Source: Tepidimonas sp.
GTDB taxonomy: Bacteria > Pseudomonadota > Gammaproteobacteria > Burkholderiales > Burkholderiaceae_C
NCBI RefSeq assembly: GCF_036825565.1
Contig: NZ_DAISXZ010000003.1
Coordinates: 8,527 to 72,526 of the forward strand
Reading direction: 5' to 3'
Length of the DNA stretch: 64,000 nt
The position numbers were made by a program, and so were the translations under genes. Under the pieces are notes generated by a model. It did not search any database, was not told the origin of the DNA, and worked only from the letters and a program-made list of their open reading frames with translations. Each line of letters starts with the position of its first letter. Position 1 is the first letter of the stretch. This document shows positions 36,750 through 46,853 of this stretch, one piece after another.

Positions 36750-38264
36750 ATGTTCGATTCGGCCGAAATCGGCCACCGCATCGACCGCGCCACCTACAAA
36801 GCCGAAGCGCCGGCTTTGCGGGCCGCCCTGCTAGATGCCCAATACGAGTTGTTGCGCCGCGGCACGCGCGCCGTGGTCATCCTCATCAACCGGGTGGACG
36901 GGGCCGGGCGCAGCGAGACGGTCAACACGCTCAACGCCTGGATGGACCCGCGGCACATACGGACCGAGGCGTTTGGCGCCATGACCGACGAAGACCGCCG
37001 CTGGCCCGAGATGTGGCGGTTTTGGCAGGTCTTGCCGCCCAAGGGGCGCATCGGGATTTTGTTTGGCTCGTGGTACACCGATCCGATCTTGGCACGGGTC
37101 GAGGGACGCGACAGTCGCGACCATTTCGCCCACCGGCTGGAGCGCATCCGCCAGTTCGAGCGCATGCTGGCGGCGGAGGGCGTGGTCTTGGTGAAGTTCT
37201 GGTTTCACCTGTCCCGGCAGGCGGCCAAGGCGCGCCTGAAGGCGCTGGCGTCCGACCCCCGCACGGCGTGGCGCATCGGACCGCAGGAGAAGGCGCACCT
37301 CAAACGTTACGACGACTTCATCGAAGCCAGCGACGAGGCGCTGCGCAAGACCAGCCTGGGCGAAGCGCCGTGGATCGTCATCGAAGGCAGCGACGAGGCC
37401 TATCGCCATCTGACGGCGGGGCGGCATCTGCTGTCGGTGCTGCGCCACGCGGTGGCGCCGGCGTCGCCCGTGGCGCCCCAGGGACCGTTGCCGGCCAGCG
37501 TGATCGAGGCGCCGGGCGACGATGTGACGCTGCTCAAGGCGCAGGACTACGGGCGGCGGCTGACGCACGAGCGTTACGAACGCCTGCTGGAGCGCTGGCA
37601 GGGCCGGCTCAACGGATTGAGCCGCGATCCGCGGCTGCGCAGCCGCTCGCTGGTGGTGGTATTCGAAGGCATGGATGCTGCGGGCAAGGGCAGCACCATT
37701 CGCCGCCTGACCGCGGCCTGGGATGCGCGCTTTTACCGCGTGGTGCCCGTCGCGGCCCCCAACGAGAACGAGCGCGCCCAGCCCTATCTGTGGCGGTTTT
37801 GGCGCTATATCCCGCCGCATGGCCGCGCGGTCATCTTCGACCGATCGTGGTACGGGCGGGTGCTGGTCGAGCGGGCGGAGGGCTTTTGCGCCGATGCCGA
37901 CTGGATGCGCGCCTATGGCGAGATCAACGCCTACGAGGAGGAATTGACCGAGGCGGGGGTGATCATCGTCAAGTTCTGGCTGGCCATCACGCCGCAGGAG
38001 CAGCTGCGTCGCTTTCGCGAGCGCGAGGCCACGCCCCACAAGCAGTTCAAGATCACCCCGGAGGACTGGCGCAACCGCAACAAATGGCCCCAGTACGAGC
38101 GGGCGGTGCAAGACATGGTGGACCGCACCTCGACCCGGGTCGCCCCGTGGCATCTGGTGGCGTCGGACGACAAGCTGTGGTCGCGCATCGAGGTGCTGCG
38201 CACTCTGTGCCGTCGCATCGAGCAGGCGCTGGAGCAAGGGATACCGGCCAAGCGCCGTCTGTGA
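36750..38264 (+). CDS. pap: polyphosphate:AMP phosphotransferase (tandem PPK2 domains)
   Basis: Two PPK2 domains; the C-terminal one has FEGMDAAGKG, FDRSWYGRVL, KFWL. Confidence 0.9.
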   Translation: MFDSAEIGHRIDRATYKAEAPALRAALLDAQYELLRRGTRAVVILINRVDGAGRSETVNTLNAWMDPRHIRTEAFGAMTDEDRRWPEMWRFWQVLPPKGRIGILFGSWYTDPILARVEGRDSRDHFAHRLERIRQFERMLAAEGVVLVKFWFHLSRQAAKARLKALASDPRTAWRIGPQEKAHLKRYDDFIEASDEALRKTSLGEAPWIVIEGSDEAYRHLTAGRHLLSVLRHAVAPASPVAPQGPLPASVIEAPGDDVTLLKAQDYGRRLTHERYERLLERWQGRLNGLSRDPRLRSRSLVVVFEGMDAAGKGSTIRRLTAAWDARFYRVVPVAAPNENERAQPYLWRFWRYIPPHGRAVIFDRSWYGRVLVERAEGFCADADWMRAYGEINAYEEELTEAGVIIVKFWLAITPQEQLRRFREREATPHKQFKITPEDWRNRNKWPQYERAVQDMVDRTSTRVAPWHLVASDDKLWSRIEVLRTLCRRIEQALEQGIPAKRRL

Positions 38265-38306
38265 TCGGTCGCCCGGCCGGTCCTTCGGCGGCGGGCGGCC
38301 CGGCGA

Positions 38307-38618
38307 TCAGGCGGGCGGTGCCGGGGGCAGGCCATGGCGCGCCCGCGCACGCTGGCAGGCGTCGCTGCCCTCGGCGAATTCGCGGCAGGGCGAAGGCCGC
38401 CACTCGTAGATGCCGCAGGCCACGTGTTCGCCCACGCGCCCCGTCAGGGCGGTGCAGCGCGGGGGCCAATGGTCGGTGCCACGCATGCGCACGGTGGTGC
38501 CGGTGACGGGCACGGTCAGCCCGTCCGGGACTTGGCCGCCACCGTCCTGCGTCTCGTATACCGAAAAATCGACCCGAAACCAGGCGCAGCATGCGCCGCA
38601 ACGCTGACACTTGCTCAT
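38307..38618 (-). CDS. YkgJ family CxxCxxCC cysteine-cluster protein
   Basis: CQRCGACC...CGIYEWRPSPCR. Confidence 0.88.
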   Translation of the reverse strand: MSKCQRCGACCAWFRVDFSVYETQDGGGQVPDGLTVPVTGTTVRMRGTDHWPPRCTALTGRVGEHVACGIYEWRPSPCREFAEGSDACQRARARHGLPPAPPA

Positions 38619-38623
38619 CGCAC

Positions 38624-39568
38624 TCACAGCCGGCCGAGCAGCAGATACTCCATCAGTGCCTTCTGCACATGCATGCGGTTCTCAGCCTCGTCCCAGACGA
38701 CGGACTGCGGGCCGTCGATGACTTCGGCGTCCACCTCCTCGCCGCGGTGTGCGGGCAGGCAGTGCATGAACAGCGCCTCGGGCTTGGCCTGGGCCATCAT
38801 CGTCGGCGTCACGCGCCAGGCGGCGAACGCCTGCTGGCGCGCTTCGTTTTCAGCCTCGAAGCCCATGCTGGTCCACACATCGGTGGTGACGAGGTCGGCG
38901 CCGCGGCAGGCCGCCATCGGGTCGTCGAACACCTGCCAGAAGTCGCCGCGCGGCACACCGGCCACGGCCGGGTCGACCTCGTAGCCGCGCGGCGTGCTGA
39001 GGTGCACCCGAAAGCCGAGGATCTGCGCCGCCTGCAGCCAGGTGTTGGCCATGTTGTTGCCGTCGCCGACCCAGGCCACCGTGATGCCACGCAGCGCGCC
39101 CGGATCCAGTGTCCCGTCGGCGCGCCGGCCGCGGTGCTCCAGCCAGGTGAACAGGTCCGCCAGGATCTGGCACGGGTGAAACTCGTTGGTCAGGCCGTTG
39201 ATGACCGGCACGCGCGAGTTCGCGGCAAAGCGCTCGATCTTGCTTTGCTCGAAGGTGCGGATCATCACCAGATCCACCATGCGGCTGATGGCGCGCGCGG
39301 TGTCCTCGATCGGCTCGCTGCGGCCCAGTTGGCTGTCGCCGGTGGTCAGGTGCACCACCGAGCCGCCCATCTGGTACATGCCAGCTTCGAAGCTGACGCG
39401 CGTGCGCGTGCTGGCCTTCTCGAAGATCATCGCCAGCGTGCGGTCCGGATCGGCGAAGGGTTGGTATTTTTCGACGGCTTTGAACTTGCGCTTGATGAAG
39501 TCTGCCCGCTCGAACAGATAGGCGTACTCGTCCGCGCCCAGGTCCTTGAATTGCAGATAGTGTTTCAT
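38624..39568 (-). CDS. argF: ornithine carbamoyltransferase
   Basis: FEKASTRTR, HPCQ, DVWTSMG, HCLP. Confidence 0.97.
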   Translation of the reverse strand: MKHYLQFKDLGADEYAYLFERADFIKRKFKAVEKYQPFADPDRTLAMIFEKASTRTRVSFEAGMYQMGGSVVHLTTGDSQLGRSEPIEDTARAISRMVDLVMIRTFEQSKIERFAANSRVPVINGLTNEFHPCQILADLFTWLEHRGRRADGTLDPGALRGITVAWVGDGNNMANTWLQAAQILGFRVHLSTPRGYEVDPAVAGVPRGDFWQVFDDPMAACRGADLVTTDVWTSMGFEAENEARQQAFAAWRVTPTMMAQAKPEALFMHCLPAHRGEEVDAEVIDGPQSVVWDEAENRMHVQKALMEYLLLGRL

Positions 39569-40770
39569 CCGGAGGTCTCGTTCAAGAAGGCGCGCACCTG
39601 GGGCACCAGCTTGGCCACGATCTCGTCGGCTTCGGCGCGCGATAGAATCAGCGGCGGTACCAGGCGGATCACCCGGTCGGCGGTCACGGACAGCAGCAGT
39701 CCTGCCTGCGCGCAGCGGTTGACCAGCACGCCGCAAGGGCGGTCCAGCTCCACGCCGATCATCAGGCCCTTGCCGCGCACCTCGCGCACGCCGGGCAGGC
39801 CGTGCAACTCGGCCCACAGCTGCGTGTGCAGGTGCGTCCCCACGGCGGCGGCGTTGTCGAGCAGGCCTTCGTCCTCCATGATGCGGATGGTCTCCAGCCC
39901 CGCGCGCGTGGCCAGCGGGTTGCCGCCGAAGGTGGTGCCGTGGTTGCCGGGTTGAAAGATCTGGGCCGCGCGCGGTCCGGCCACCACCGCGCCGATCGGC
40001 ACGCCCGAGCCCAGCCCCTTGGCCAGCGGCATCACATCGGGCCGGATGCCGGCCCACTGGTGGGCGAACCACTTGCCGGTGCGGCCCATGCCGCACTGCA
40101 CCTCGTCGATCATCAGCAGCCAGTCGCGCTCGTCGCACAGCGCGCGCACGCCGGCGATGTAGTCCGGCTGCAGCGGGCGCACGCCACCTTCGCCTTGGAT
40201 GGCCTCGAAGAACACCGCCACGACGTCGGGGTTGCCGTCGGTGGCGCGCTCGAGCGCTTCCAGATCGTTGATCGGCACGCGGATGAAGCCTTCGACCAGC
40301 GGCTCGAAGCCCGCCTGCACCTTGGGGTTGCCGGTGGCCGACAGCGTGGCGATGGAGCGGCCGTGGAAAGCGCGCTCGTAAACGACGATCTGCGGCCGGG
40401 CAATGCCCTTGTCGCGGCCGAATTTGCGCGCGAGCTTGAGCGCCGCTTCGTTGGCCTCCAGTCCACTGGAGCAAAAAAACACCTTGTCCAGGCCCGAGCG
40501 CTCGCACAAGGCGGCGGCCAGTGGCTCGGTCCAGGGGTGGTGGTAGTAGTTGCTGACGTGGATGAGTTGCGCCACCTGGTCCTGCAGCGCGCGCACCAGC
40601 CGCGGGTGCGCATGGCCCAGTGTGTTGACCGCGATGCCGGCCAGTGCGTCGAGGTATTCGCGGCCTTCGGCATCCCACACCCGGCAGCCGCGCCCGTGCG
40701 TCAGCAGGATCGGGACGCGTCCGTAGGTGGACATCACGTGCGGCTCGGTCGGGGCAGGGGTGGCGTTCAT
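39565..40770 (-). CDS. argD: acetylornithine aminotransferase
   Basis: FHGRS, DEVQCGMGRTG, LAKGLGSG, HGTTFGGNPL. Confidence 0.95.
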   Translation of the reverse strand: MNATPAPTEPHVMSTYGRVPILLTHGRGCRVWDAEGREYLDALAGIAVNTLGHAHPRLVRALQDQVAQLIHVSNYYHHPWTEPLAAALCERSGLDKVFFCSSGLEANEAALKLARKFGRDKGIARPQIVVYERAFHGRSIATLSATGNPKVQAGFEPLVEGFIRVPINDLEALERATDGNPDVVAVFFEAIQGEGGVRPLQPDYIAGVRALCDERDWLLMIDEVQCGMGRTGKWFAHQWAGIRPDVMPLAKGLGSGVPIGAVVAGPRAAQIFQPGNHGTTFGGNPLATRAGLETIRIMEDEGLLDNAAAVGTHLHTQLWAELHGLPGVREVRGKGLMIGVELDRPCGVLVNRCAQAGLLLSVTADRVIRLVPPLILSRAEADEIVAKLVPQVRAFLNETSG

Positions 40771-40993
40771 GGACATCCAGCGTGAAGGGTTGGGCGGGGC
40801 CAGCCGGGGAAAGCGCGATTCTAGGGCCTGCCCGCCGATGGTCGGCGGATCCGCGATGGGGGCGGCGAAGTCTTATATAAGATACAATTTTCCACGTGGC
40901 CGGGCGATCCTCGCGCCACTCCTGCCCCGTGTTCGGGGTCGTCCACCCACCCTCCCTGTCGCCGCGCGCCCACCGGCCGCGGCCGTCCGCGCG

Positions 40994-41314
40994 ATGGTCA
41001 CGCCCAACGCCCAAGAAATCTTCATCCAGGGGGTCACGCGCAGTGGCCGCACGTTTCGCCCAAGCGACTGGGCCGAGCGCCTGGCGGGTGTGATGAGTCC
41101 GTTTCACCCCCAGGCAGCCCAAGGGCACGGCGCCCACCTGTGCTACTCGCCGTGGGTGATCCCCACCGTCATCAACGGCGTCAAGTGCGTTGTCGTCAAC
41201 CGTGCGTTGCGCGACTACGACGAGCGGGCCTGGGATTTCGTGATGGGGTTTGCGCGCGACAACGACCTGGTCGTGACCGAGGCCTGTCTGCTGCCCGATC
41301 CGCCGCGCGGCTGA
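40994..41314 (+). CDS. DUF3579 family protein
   Basis: IQGVTRSGRTFRPSDWAERL...FARDNDL. Confidence 0.85.
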   Translation: MVTPNAQEIFIQGVTRSGRTFRPSDWAERLAGVMSPFHPQAAQGHGAHLCYSPWVIPTVINGVKCVVVNRALRDYDERAWDFVMGFARDNDLVVTEACLLPDPPRG

Positions 41315-41367
41315 TGCGCGCTGCCGCCGTTTTTCGGATCTGCGCGTCCCATGACGCACGCGCCATG

Positions 41368-41400
41368 AAAAACGCCGCCGGGCGTGGGCCACGGCGGCGT
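41368..41400 (-). terminator. intrinsic terminator downstream of rpsT
   Basis: ACGCCGCCG...CGGCGGCGT stem with a T-tract on the minus strand. Confidence 0.7.
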
Positions 41401-41491
41401 CGGCAGGGGATTTGCTGGCAGCGCACCCGTTCCAAGGCGGACATTCCGGCCGGCTGGCCGCCGGCGGGGTCCGGGCGAGGGTGTCCGGAGT

Positions 41492-41788
41492 TTAGGCAGA
41501 CGCGGCAGCCAGGGTCTTGACCTTGGCCGACAGGCGGCTCTTGTCGCGAGCGGCCTTGTTCTTGTGGAAGATGCCCTTGTCCGCGACTGAGTCGACAATC
41601 GACTGCATCTGGGCAAAGAGCTCGGTGGCCTTGGCCTTGTCACCGGCGGCGACGGCTTTTTCCACCTTCTTGACGGCGGTGCGGTACTGCGAGCGCAGCG
41701 ACGCGTTGTGGGCGTTGAGTTTGACGTCTTGGCGCGCGCGCTTGCGGCCGGAGGCCAGGCGCGGCGACTTCTTCGACTTGGTTGCCAT
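41492..41788 (-). CDS. rpsT: 30S ribosomal protein S20
   Basis: SGRKRARQ...[11 protein letters not shown]...[12 protein letters not shown]. Confidence 0.97.
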   Translation of the reverse strand: MATKSKKSPRLASGRKRARQDVKLNAHNASLRSQYRTAVKKVEKAVAAGDKAKATELFAQMQSIVDSVADKGIFHKNKAARDKSRLSAKVKTLAAASA

Positions 41789-41818
41789 GGGCTGAATTCC
41801 TTCTGGGGTTGGTGGATG

Positions 41819-41842
41819 TTGCCAGCAAAGCCCACCATTATA
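41819..41842 (-). promoter_or_regulatory. rpsT promoter -10 box and conserved downstream motif
   Basis: TATAAT-ggtgg-GCTTTGCTGGCAA. Confidence 0.65.
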
Positions 41843-41982
41843 AGACGCCGCCAGACTTCGTGGGGAATGCAACAGCGCCGCAACCACGGGGCTCATCGCT
41901 TGACCTGTATCAAACGGGGGCGGGCACCATCGGGCATACTTGCGCCGGCTCATTAGCGTCAGCCTTGTCCCACCGATTCGTC

Positions 41983-43092
41983 ATGTCTGCCACCGAAACC
42001 GTGTCCGCGCCCGAGGCATCCCAACCCATTCCGCCGGGGCAGCCGCTGCCCCACCGCAAAGTCATCCGTGGCTGGATCACGCCACTGGGCGAGCGCCGCA
42101 CGCCCATCGCGATCGCTCTCCTGGTGCTGGACTGGGTGATTTTTGCTGCGCTGATCGCCGGCACCATCGCCTTCGAGGCGTGGTGGGCCAAGCTGTTGTG
42201 CGGGCTGGCGGCCGGCTTCACCATCGGGCGGCTGTTCATCATCGGCCACGACGCCTGCCACCAGAGTTACACGCCGCACCGCGGCTTGAACAAGCTGCTG
42301 GGCCGCATCGCGATGATCCCTTCGCTCACCCCCTACAGCCTGTGGGAGGTCGGCCACAACGTCGTGCACCACGGCTACACCAACCTGAAAGGGGTGGACT
42401 TCGTCTGGGCGCCGCTGACCAAGGCGGAGTTCGATGCCCTGTCGCCGGCGCGCCGTGTGCTCGAGCGCATCTACCGCAGCGGCTGGGGGCCTGCGCTGTA
42501 TTACTTCATCGAGATGTGGTGGCTGCGCATGTTCTTCCCGCGCAAGACCTACATGGGTACGCGCCGTCCCGAGTTCCTGTGGGACGGGGTGTTCGTGTTG
42601 GGTGTCGCGCTGTTGTGGATCGGCGGCATGGTCTGGGCCGCGCTGGCCGCGGGGCAATCCGTGTGGCTGCAGGTGGTCATGGGTTTCGTCGTGCCGTTCG
42701 TGTTCTGGAACGCGATGATCGGCTTCGTCGTGTACGTCCATCACACCCATCCCGCGGTGCAGTGGCACGACGACAAGGTCGCCTGGGCTAAGGCGGCCCC
42801 GTTCGTGTCGACCACGGTGCATCTGGAGTTCCCGCTGAAGATCGGTGCGCTGATGCACCACATCATGGAGCACACCGCGCACCATGTGGACATGAGCGTG
42901 CCGCTATATAAGCTCAAGCAGGCGCAAAAGAAGCTGGAGGATATGCTGCCTGGGCGCATCATCATCCAGCGCTTCAGCTGGCGCTGGTACTTTGACACCG
43001 CGCGCCGCTGCAAACTGTACGACTTTACGCGGCGCTGCTGGACCGATTTCCACGGGCGCCCGACCAGCGACCCCGCGCCGTCCTTTGCCTGA
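41983..43092 (+). CDS. membrane fatty acid desaturase
   Basis: His boxes HDACH, HNVVHH, HTAHH; TM segments. Confidence 0.92.
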   Translation: MSATETVSAPEASQPIPPGQPLPHRKVIRGWITPLGERRTPIAIALLVLDWVIFAALIAGTIAFEAWWAKLLCGLAAGFTIGRLFIIGHDACHQSYTPHRGLNKLLGRIAMIPSLTPYSLWEVGHNVVHHGYTNLKGVDFVWAPLTKAEFDALSPARRVLERIYRSGWGPALYYFIEMWWLRMFFPRKTYMGTRRPEFLWDGVFVLGVALLWIGGMVWAALAAGQSVWLQVVMGFVVPFVFWNAMIGFVVYVHHTHPAVQWHDDKVAWAKAAPFVSTTVHLEFPLKIGALMHHIMEHTAHHVDMSVPLYKLKQAQKKLEDMLPGRIIIQRFSWRWYFDTARRCKLYDFTRRCWTDFHGRPTSDPAPSFA

Positions 43093-43205
43093 CGGTGCAG
43101 GTGTCGCCCGTGAGGGCCGCATCACCGGTACGAACGAGGGGCCCGTCGGGCCCTTCGTCGTTCAACGGTGGCGCCGTTCGTGCTGCGGTGCGACAATAGC
43201 ACCAC

Positions 43206-44711
43206 ATGACACAAGCTTTTTCCGAACTGAATCTGGCCGAACCGCTGGCCCGGGCCGTAGCCGAGATGGGCTACGCAGCCATGACGCCCATCCAGGCGCA
43301 GGCCATTCCGGTGGTGCTGCAGGGCCGCGACGTGATGGGCGCCGCCCAGACCGGCACCGGCAAGACCGCGGCGTTTTCGCTGCCGCTGCTGCAACGGCTG
43401 TTGCGCCACGCCAATGCGTCCACCTCACCAGCGCGCCACCCGGTGCGCGCCCTGGTGCTGCTGCCCACGCGGGAGCTGGCGGATCAGGTGGCCCAGCAGG
43501 TCAAGCTGTACGCCAAGTACACCCCGCTGCGCAGCGCGGTCGTCTTTGGTGGCGTGGACATGAAGCCGCAGGTCGAAGAACTGCGCAAGGGGGTGGAGAT
43601 TCTGGTCGCCACGCCCGGCCGGCTGCTCGACCACATCGAGGCCAAAACGGCGGTGCTCAACCAGGTCGAGTATGTGGTGCTCGATGAGGCGGACCGCATG
43701 CTCGACATCGGGTTTTTGCCCGACTTGCAACGCATCCTGTCCTACCTGCCCAAGCAGCGCACCACGCTGCTGTTTTCCGCCACCTTCTCGCCCGAGATCA
43801 AGCGCCTGGCATCGAGCTATCTGCAGGACCCGGTGGTGATCGAGGTGGCGCGCGCCAACACCACGGCCGCGACCGTGGAGCAGCGCTTCTACCGGGTGGA
43901 AGAGGACGACAAGCGCCAGGCGCTCAAGCAACTGGTGCGGCAGGAGCAGGTCAAGCAGGCCTTCGTCTTCGTCAACAGCAAGCTGGGCTGTGCGCGCCTG
44001 GCCCGTTCGCTGGAGCGCGACGGCCTGCGCGTGGCGGCGCTGCACGGCGACAAAAGCCAGGATGAACGCCTTAAGGCCCTCGATGCCTTCAAGCAGGGGC
44101 AGGTGGATCTTCTGGTGTGCACCGACGTCGCGGCGCGCGGTCTGGACATCAAGGATGTGCCCGCGGTCTTCAACGTCGACATTCCCTTCAACGCCGAGGA
44201 CTATGTGCACCGCATCGGGCGCACCGGGCGGGCGGGCGCCTCGGGGTTGGCCATCTCCTTCGTCAACGGCCGCGATGCCCGCTCCCTGGCGGATATCGAG
44301 AAGCTGATCGGTCGCAAGGCGGAGGTCGAGCCGCTGGAGATCGAAGACGAGCGCCGCTCGCGCGGCCGGCCCGCGCGCCACAACGACGGCCAGCGCCTGT
44401 GGCAGGTGCCCGAGGCCGAAGGCGAGGAGGCACCTGTGCGCGCCGAGCCCGCGGCGCGTTCGGCCCGGCCGATGCGCCCGGCGGCCGAGCGGCGTGCGCT
44501 GGCAGACCCGCTGTACGACCGCCCGTACGAGCCGTCTCTGCCGCCCGATGCCCAACCGGCATGGGAGCAACCGGCCAAAGCCCCCGCGCCGAAAGGCCTC
44601 TCGGCCTACATCCGGCCCAAGCGCAAGGTGCCGGCCCTGCTGCGTGCGCCGCTGCCCGCGCTCACATCCCCCGACCCGGTGCCTGAGCCTGCGGACACGG
44701 TATCCGGATGA
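43206..44711 (+). CDS. DEAD-box RNA helicase (RhlE-like)
   Basis: AQTGTGKT, PTRELA, DEAD, SAT, HRIGRTGR. Confidence 0.95.
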   Translation: MTQAFSELNLAEPLARAVAEMGYAAMTPIQAQAIPVVLQGRDVMGAAQTGTGKTAAFSLPLLQRLLRHANASTSPARHPVRALVLLPTRELADQVAQQVKLYAKYTPLRSAVVFGGVDMKPQVEELRKGVEILVATPGRLLDHIEAKTAVLNQVEYVVLDEADRMLDIGFLPDLQRILSYLPKQRTTLLFSATFSPEIKRLASSYLQDPVVIEVARANTTAATVEQRFYRVEEDDKRQALKQLVRQEQVKQAFVFVNSKLGCARLARSLERDGLRVAALHGDKSQDERLKALDAFKQGQVDLLVCTDVAARGLDIKDVPAVFNVDIPFNAEDYVHRIGRTGRAGASGLAISFVNGRDARSLADIEKLIGRKAEVEPLEIEDERRSRGRPARHNDGQRLWQVPEAEGEEAPVRAEPAARSARPMRPAAERRALADPLYDRPYEPSLPPDAQPAWEQPAKAPAPKGLSAYIRPKRKVPALLRAPLPALTSPDPVPEPADTVSG

Positions 44712-45513
44712 TTTCGACCTGCCGTGCGTCCGCCACGGGGGCGTTCGGCAGGCAGGCCGCGCTGAGCTGACCGCCCCAGACGCAGCCGGTGTCCAGCGCC
44801 AGCAGGTCCGGGCGTTGCAGCGGACCGAGGGTGGACCAGTGGCCAAACGCGACCGGCGTGCCGGCGCAACGGCGCCCGGGCACGTCGAACCACGGCAGGT
44901 ACCCGGCGGGGGCGTCGGCCGCGCTGTCTTTGGTGGAAAATTCCATCACCCCCTCGGCGGTGCAAAAGCGCAGCCGCGTCAGGGCATTGACGATGACGCG
45001 CCAGCGCGCGGGGCCCTGGAGGTCGTCGCTCCAGCGGTCGGGCTGGTTGCCGTACATCTGGTGTAGCCAGTCGGTCAGGTCGGGCCCGCGCAGCAGCGCT
45101 TGCACCTCTGCCGCCAGCAACAGCACCTGCGCTGCCGACCACTGCGGCAGCACGCCGGCGTGCACGAGCAGCCAGCCGTGCACCGCCATAGCCAGTGGTC
45201 GCTGGCGCAGCCAGTCGAGCAGGGCCGCGCGGTCCGGCGCGCCGAGGATGCCGTCCAGCGTGTCGTTGCGGTGCGGCGGCCGCACGCCGGCCGCGACGGC
45301 CAGCAGGTGCAGGTCGTGATTGCCCAGCAGGGCATCGGCCGAACCCTCCAGCGCCTGCAGCCGGCGCAAGACGGCCAGCGATGCCGGGCCGCGGTTGACC
45401 AGATCGCCCAGCAAGACCAAACGGTCCCGGCTGGGGGAAAAGCCGATTTCGTCCAGCAGGTGCTGCAGTGCGACGTCGCAGCCCTGGACGTCGCCAATCA
45501 GGTACAGTGCCAT
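44662..45513 (-). CDS. apaH: symmetrical bis(5'-nucleosyl)-tetraphosphatase
   Basis: GDVQGC, GDLVNRGP, LGNHD, FGHWS, LDTGCVWG. Confidence 0.96.
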   Translation of the reverse strand: MALYLIGDVQGCDVALQHLLDEIGFSPSRDRLVLLGDLVNRGPASLAVLRRLQALEGSADALLGNHDLHLLAVAAGVRPPHRNDTLDGILGAPDRAALLDWLRQRPLAMAVHGWLLVHAGVLPQWSAAQVLLLAAEVQALLRGPDLTDWLHQMYGNQPDRWSDDLQGPARWRVIVNALTRLRFCTAEGVMEFSTKDSAADAPAGYLPWFDVPGRRCAGTPVAFGHWSTLGPLQRPDLLALDTGCVWGGQLSAACLPNAPVADARQVEIIRIPCPQAQAPGRGM

Positions 45514-45524
45514 GGGCGCGCATT

Positions 45525-46853
45525 ATGGATATCCTGCTGATCGTCTTCCTAACCCTGCTCAATGGGGCGTTTGCCATGTCCGAGCTGGCGTTGGCGGCCA
45601 GCCGCCGGGCGCGCCTGGCGGCCCTGGCCGAAGCGGGGGACAAAGGGGCCCGCACCGCGCTGCAGCTGCTGGACAACCCGACGCAGTTTTTGTCGTCCGT
45701 GCAGGTGGGGATCACCTCCATCGGCATGCTCAACGGCATCGTGGGCGAGGCGGCGTTCAGCGACGGGCTGGCGGACTGGTTTCGCGGCTGGGGATGGTCC
45801 GACGTGACGGCTTCGGTTTCTGCCACGGCCATCGTCGTGGCGGCCATCACGTTCTTGACGATCGTCTTTGGCGAGTTGGTGCCCAAGCGCATCGGCCAGC
45901 TCTACCCGGAGGCCGTCGCGCGCTGGGTGGCGCGGCCCATGGCCGGCGTGGCCCGGGTGGCCAAGCCCTTTGTGCTGCTGCTGTCGGCGACCACCCATGC
46001 GGTGCTGCGCCTGCTGCGCATCGACACCGACGCGGACCGCACGGTAACTGAGGAGGAGATCCACGCCAGCCTGCGCGAAGGTTTGGGTGCCGGCGTGATC
46101 GAACGGCAGGAGCACCGCATGGTGCGCAATGTGCTGTCGCTGGATGACCGGCAGCTTGGCAGTCTGATGGTGCCGCGCTCGGACATCGATTGGCTGGAGG
46201 CGGGCGAGCCGCTGACCGAGGTGCTGCGCCGCGCGCGCCAGAGTGGGCACTCGTGGTATCCGGTGGCCCGTGGCGGACTGGACCATGTGCAAGGCGTGGT
46301 GGCGCTGACGCACCTGATGGCCCTGGACGAGATCGGCGGGCGCGAGGCCGACTGGGCGCGCGACGCACTCCCGGCCACCTTCGTGCCCGAGACCCTGAGT
46401 GGGCTGGAGTTGCTGGAGCAGTTTCGCGCCCGCGCCATGCGCCTGGTGTTCGTGGTGGACGAGTACGGCGTGGTGCAGGGGATGCTCACGCCGCTGGATC
46501 TGCTGGAGGCGATCACGGGCGAGCTGTCGGCTGACGAGCCGCAGGAGGCCTGGGCCACTCCGCTGGCCGACGGGAGCTGGCGGGTCGATGGCAGCATGCC
46601 GGTGCACGAGCTCAAGGCCCGGCTCGAGATCGATGCCTTGCCCGACGAGGACAAGGACCGCTACCACACCGTGGCCGGGCTGATGCTGATGGTGGCGGGC
46701 CGATTGCTGACGCCGGGGGAGCGGGTCGCGATTGGCGGCTGGGTGTTCGAGGTCCGCTCCACCGAGGGCCGCCGCATCGACGAGGTGCTCATCCGGCCGC
46801 AGATGGCGACGGCACCGCCGCCGTCGGGCGATGGTCCCGCAGCCACGCCTTGA
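45525..46853 (+). CDS. CNNM/hemolysin-family protein (DUF21-CBS-CorC)
   Basis: FAMSELAL, FGELVPK, VVDEYG, TVAG. Confidence 0.92.
   Translation: MDILLIVFLTLLNGAFAMSELALAASRRARLAALAEAGDKGARTALQLLDNPTQFLSSVQVGITSIGMLNGIVGEAAFSDGLADWFRGWGWSDVTASVSATAIVVAAITFLTIVFGELVPKRIGQLYPEAVARWVARPMAGVARVAKPFVLLLSATTHAVLRLLRIDTDADRTVTEEEIHASLREGLGAGVIERQEHRMVRNVLSLDDRQLGSLMVPRSDIDWLEAGEPLTEVLRRARQSGHSWYPVARGGLDHVQGVVALTHLMALDEIGGREADWARDALPATFVPETLSGLELLEQFRARAMRLVFVVDEYGVVQGMLTPLDLLEAITGELSADEPQEAWATPLADGSWRVDGSMPVHELKARLEIDALPDEDKDRYHTVAGLMLMVAGRLLTPGERVAIGGWVFEVRSTEGRRIDEVLIRPQMATAPPPSGDGPAATP

Noticed and set aside
38624..41392. 922-aa ORF suggesting a large ArgF fusion
   Set aside because: Only the last 314 codons are ArgF. 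The upstream part is an off-frame read through argD.
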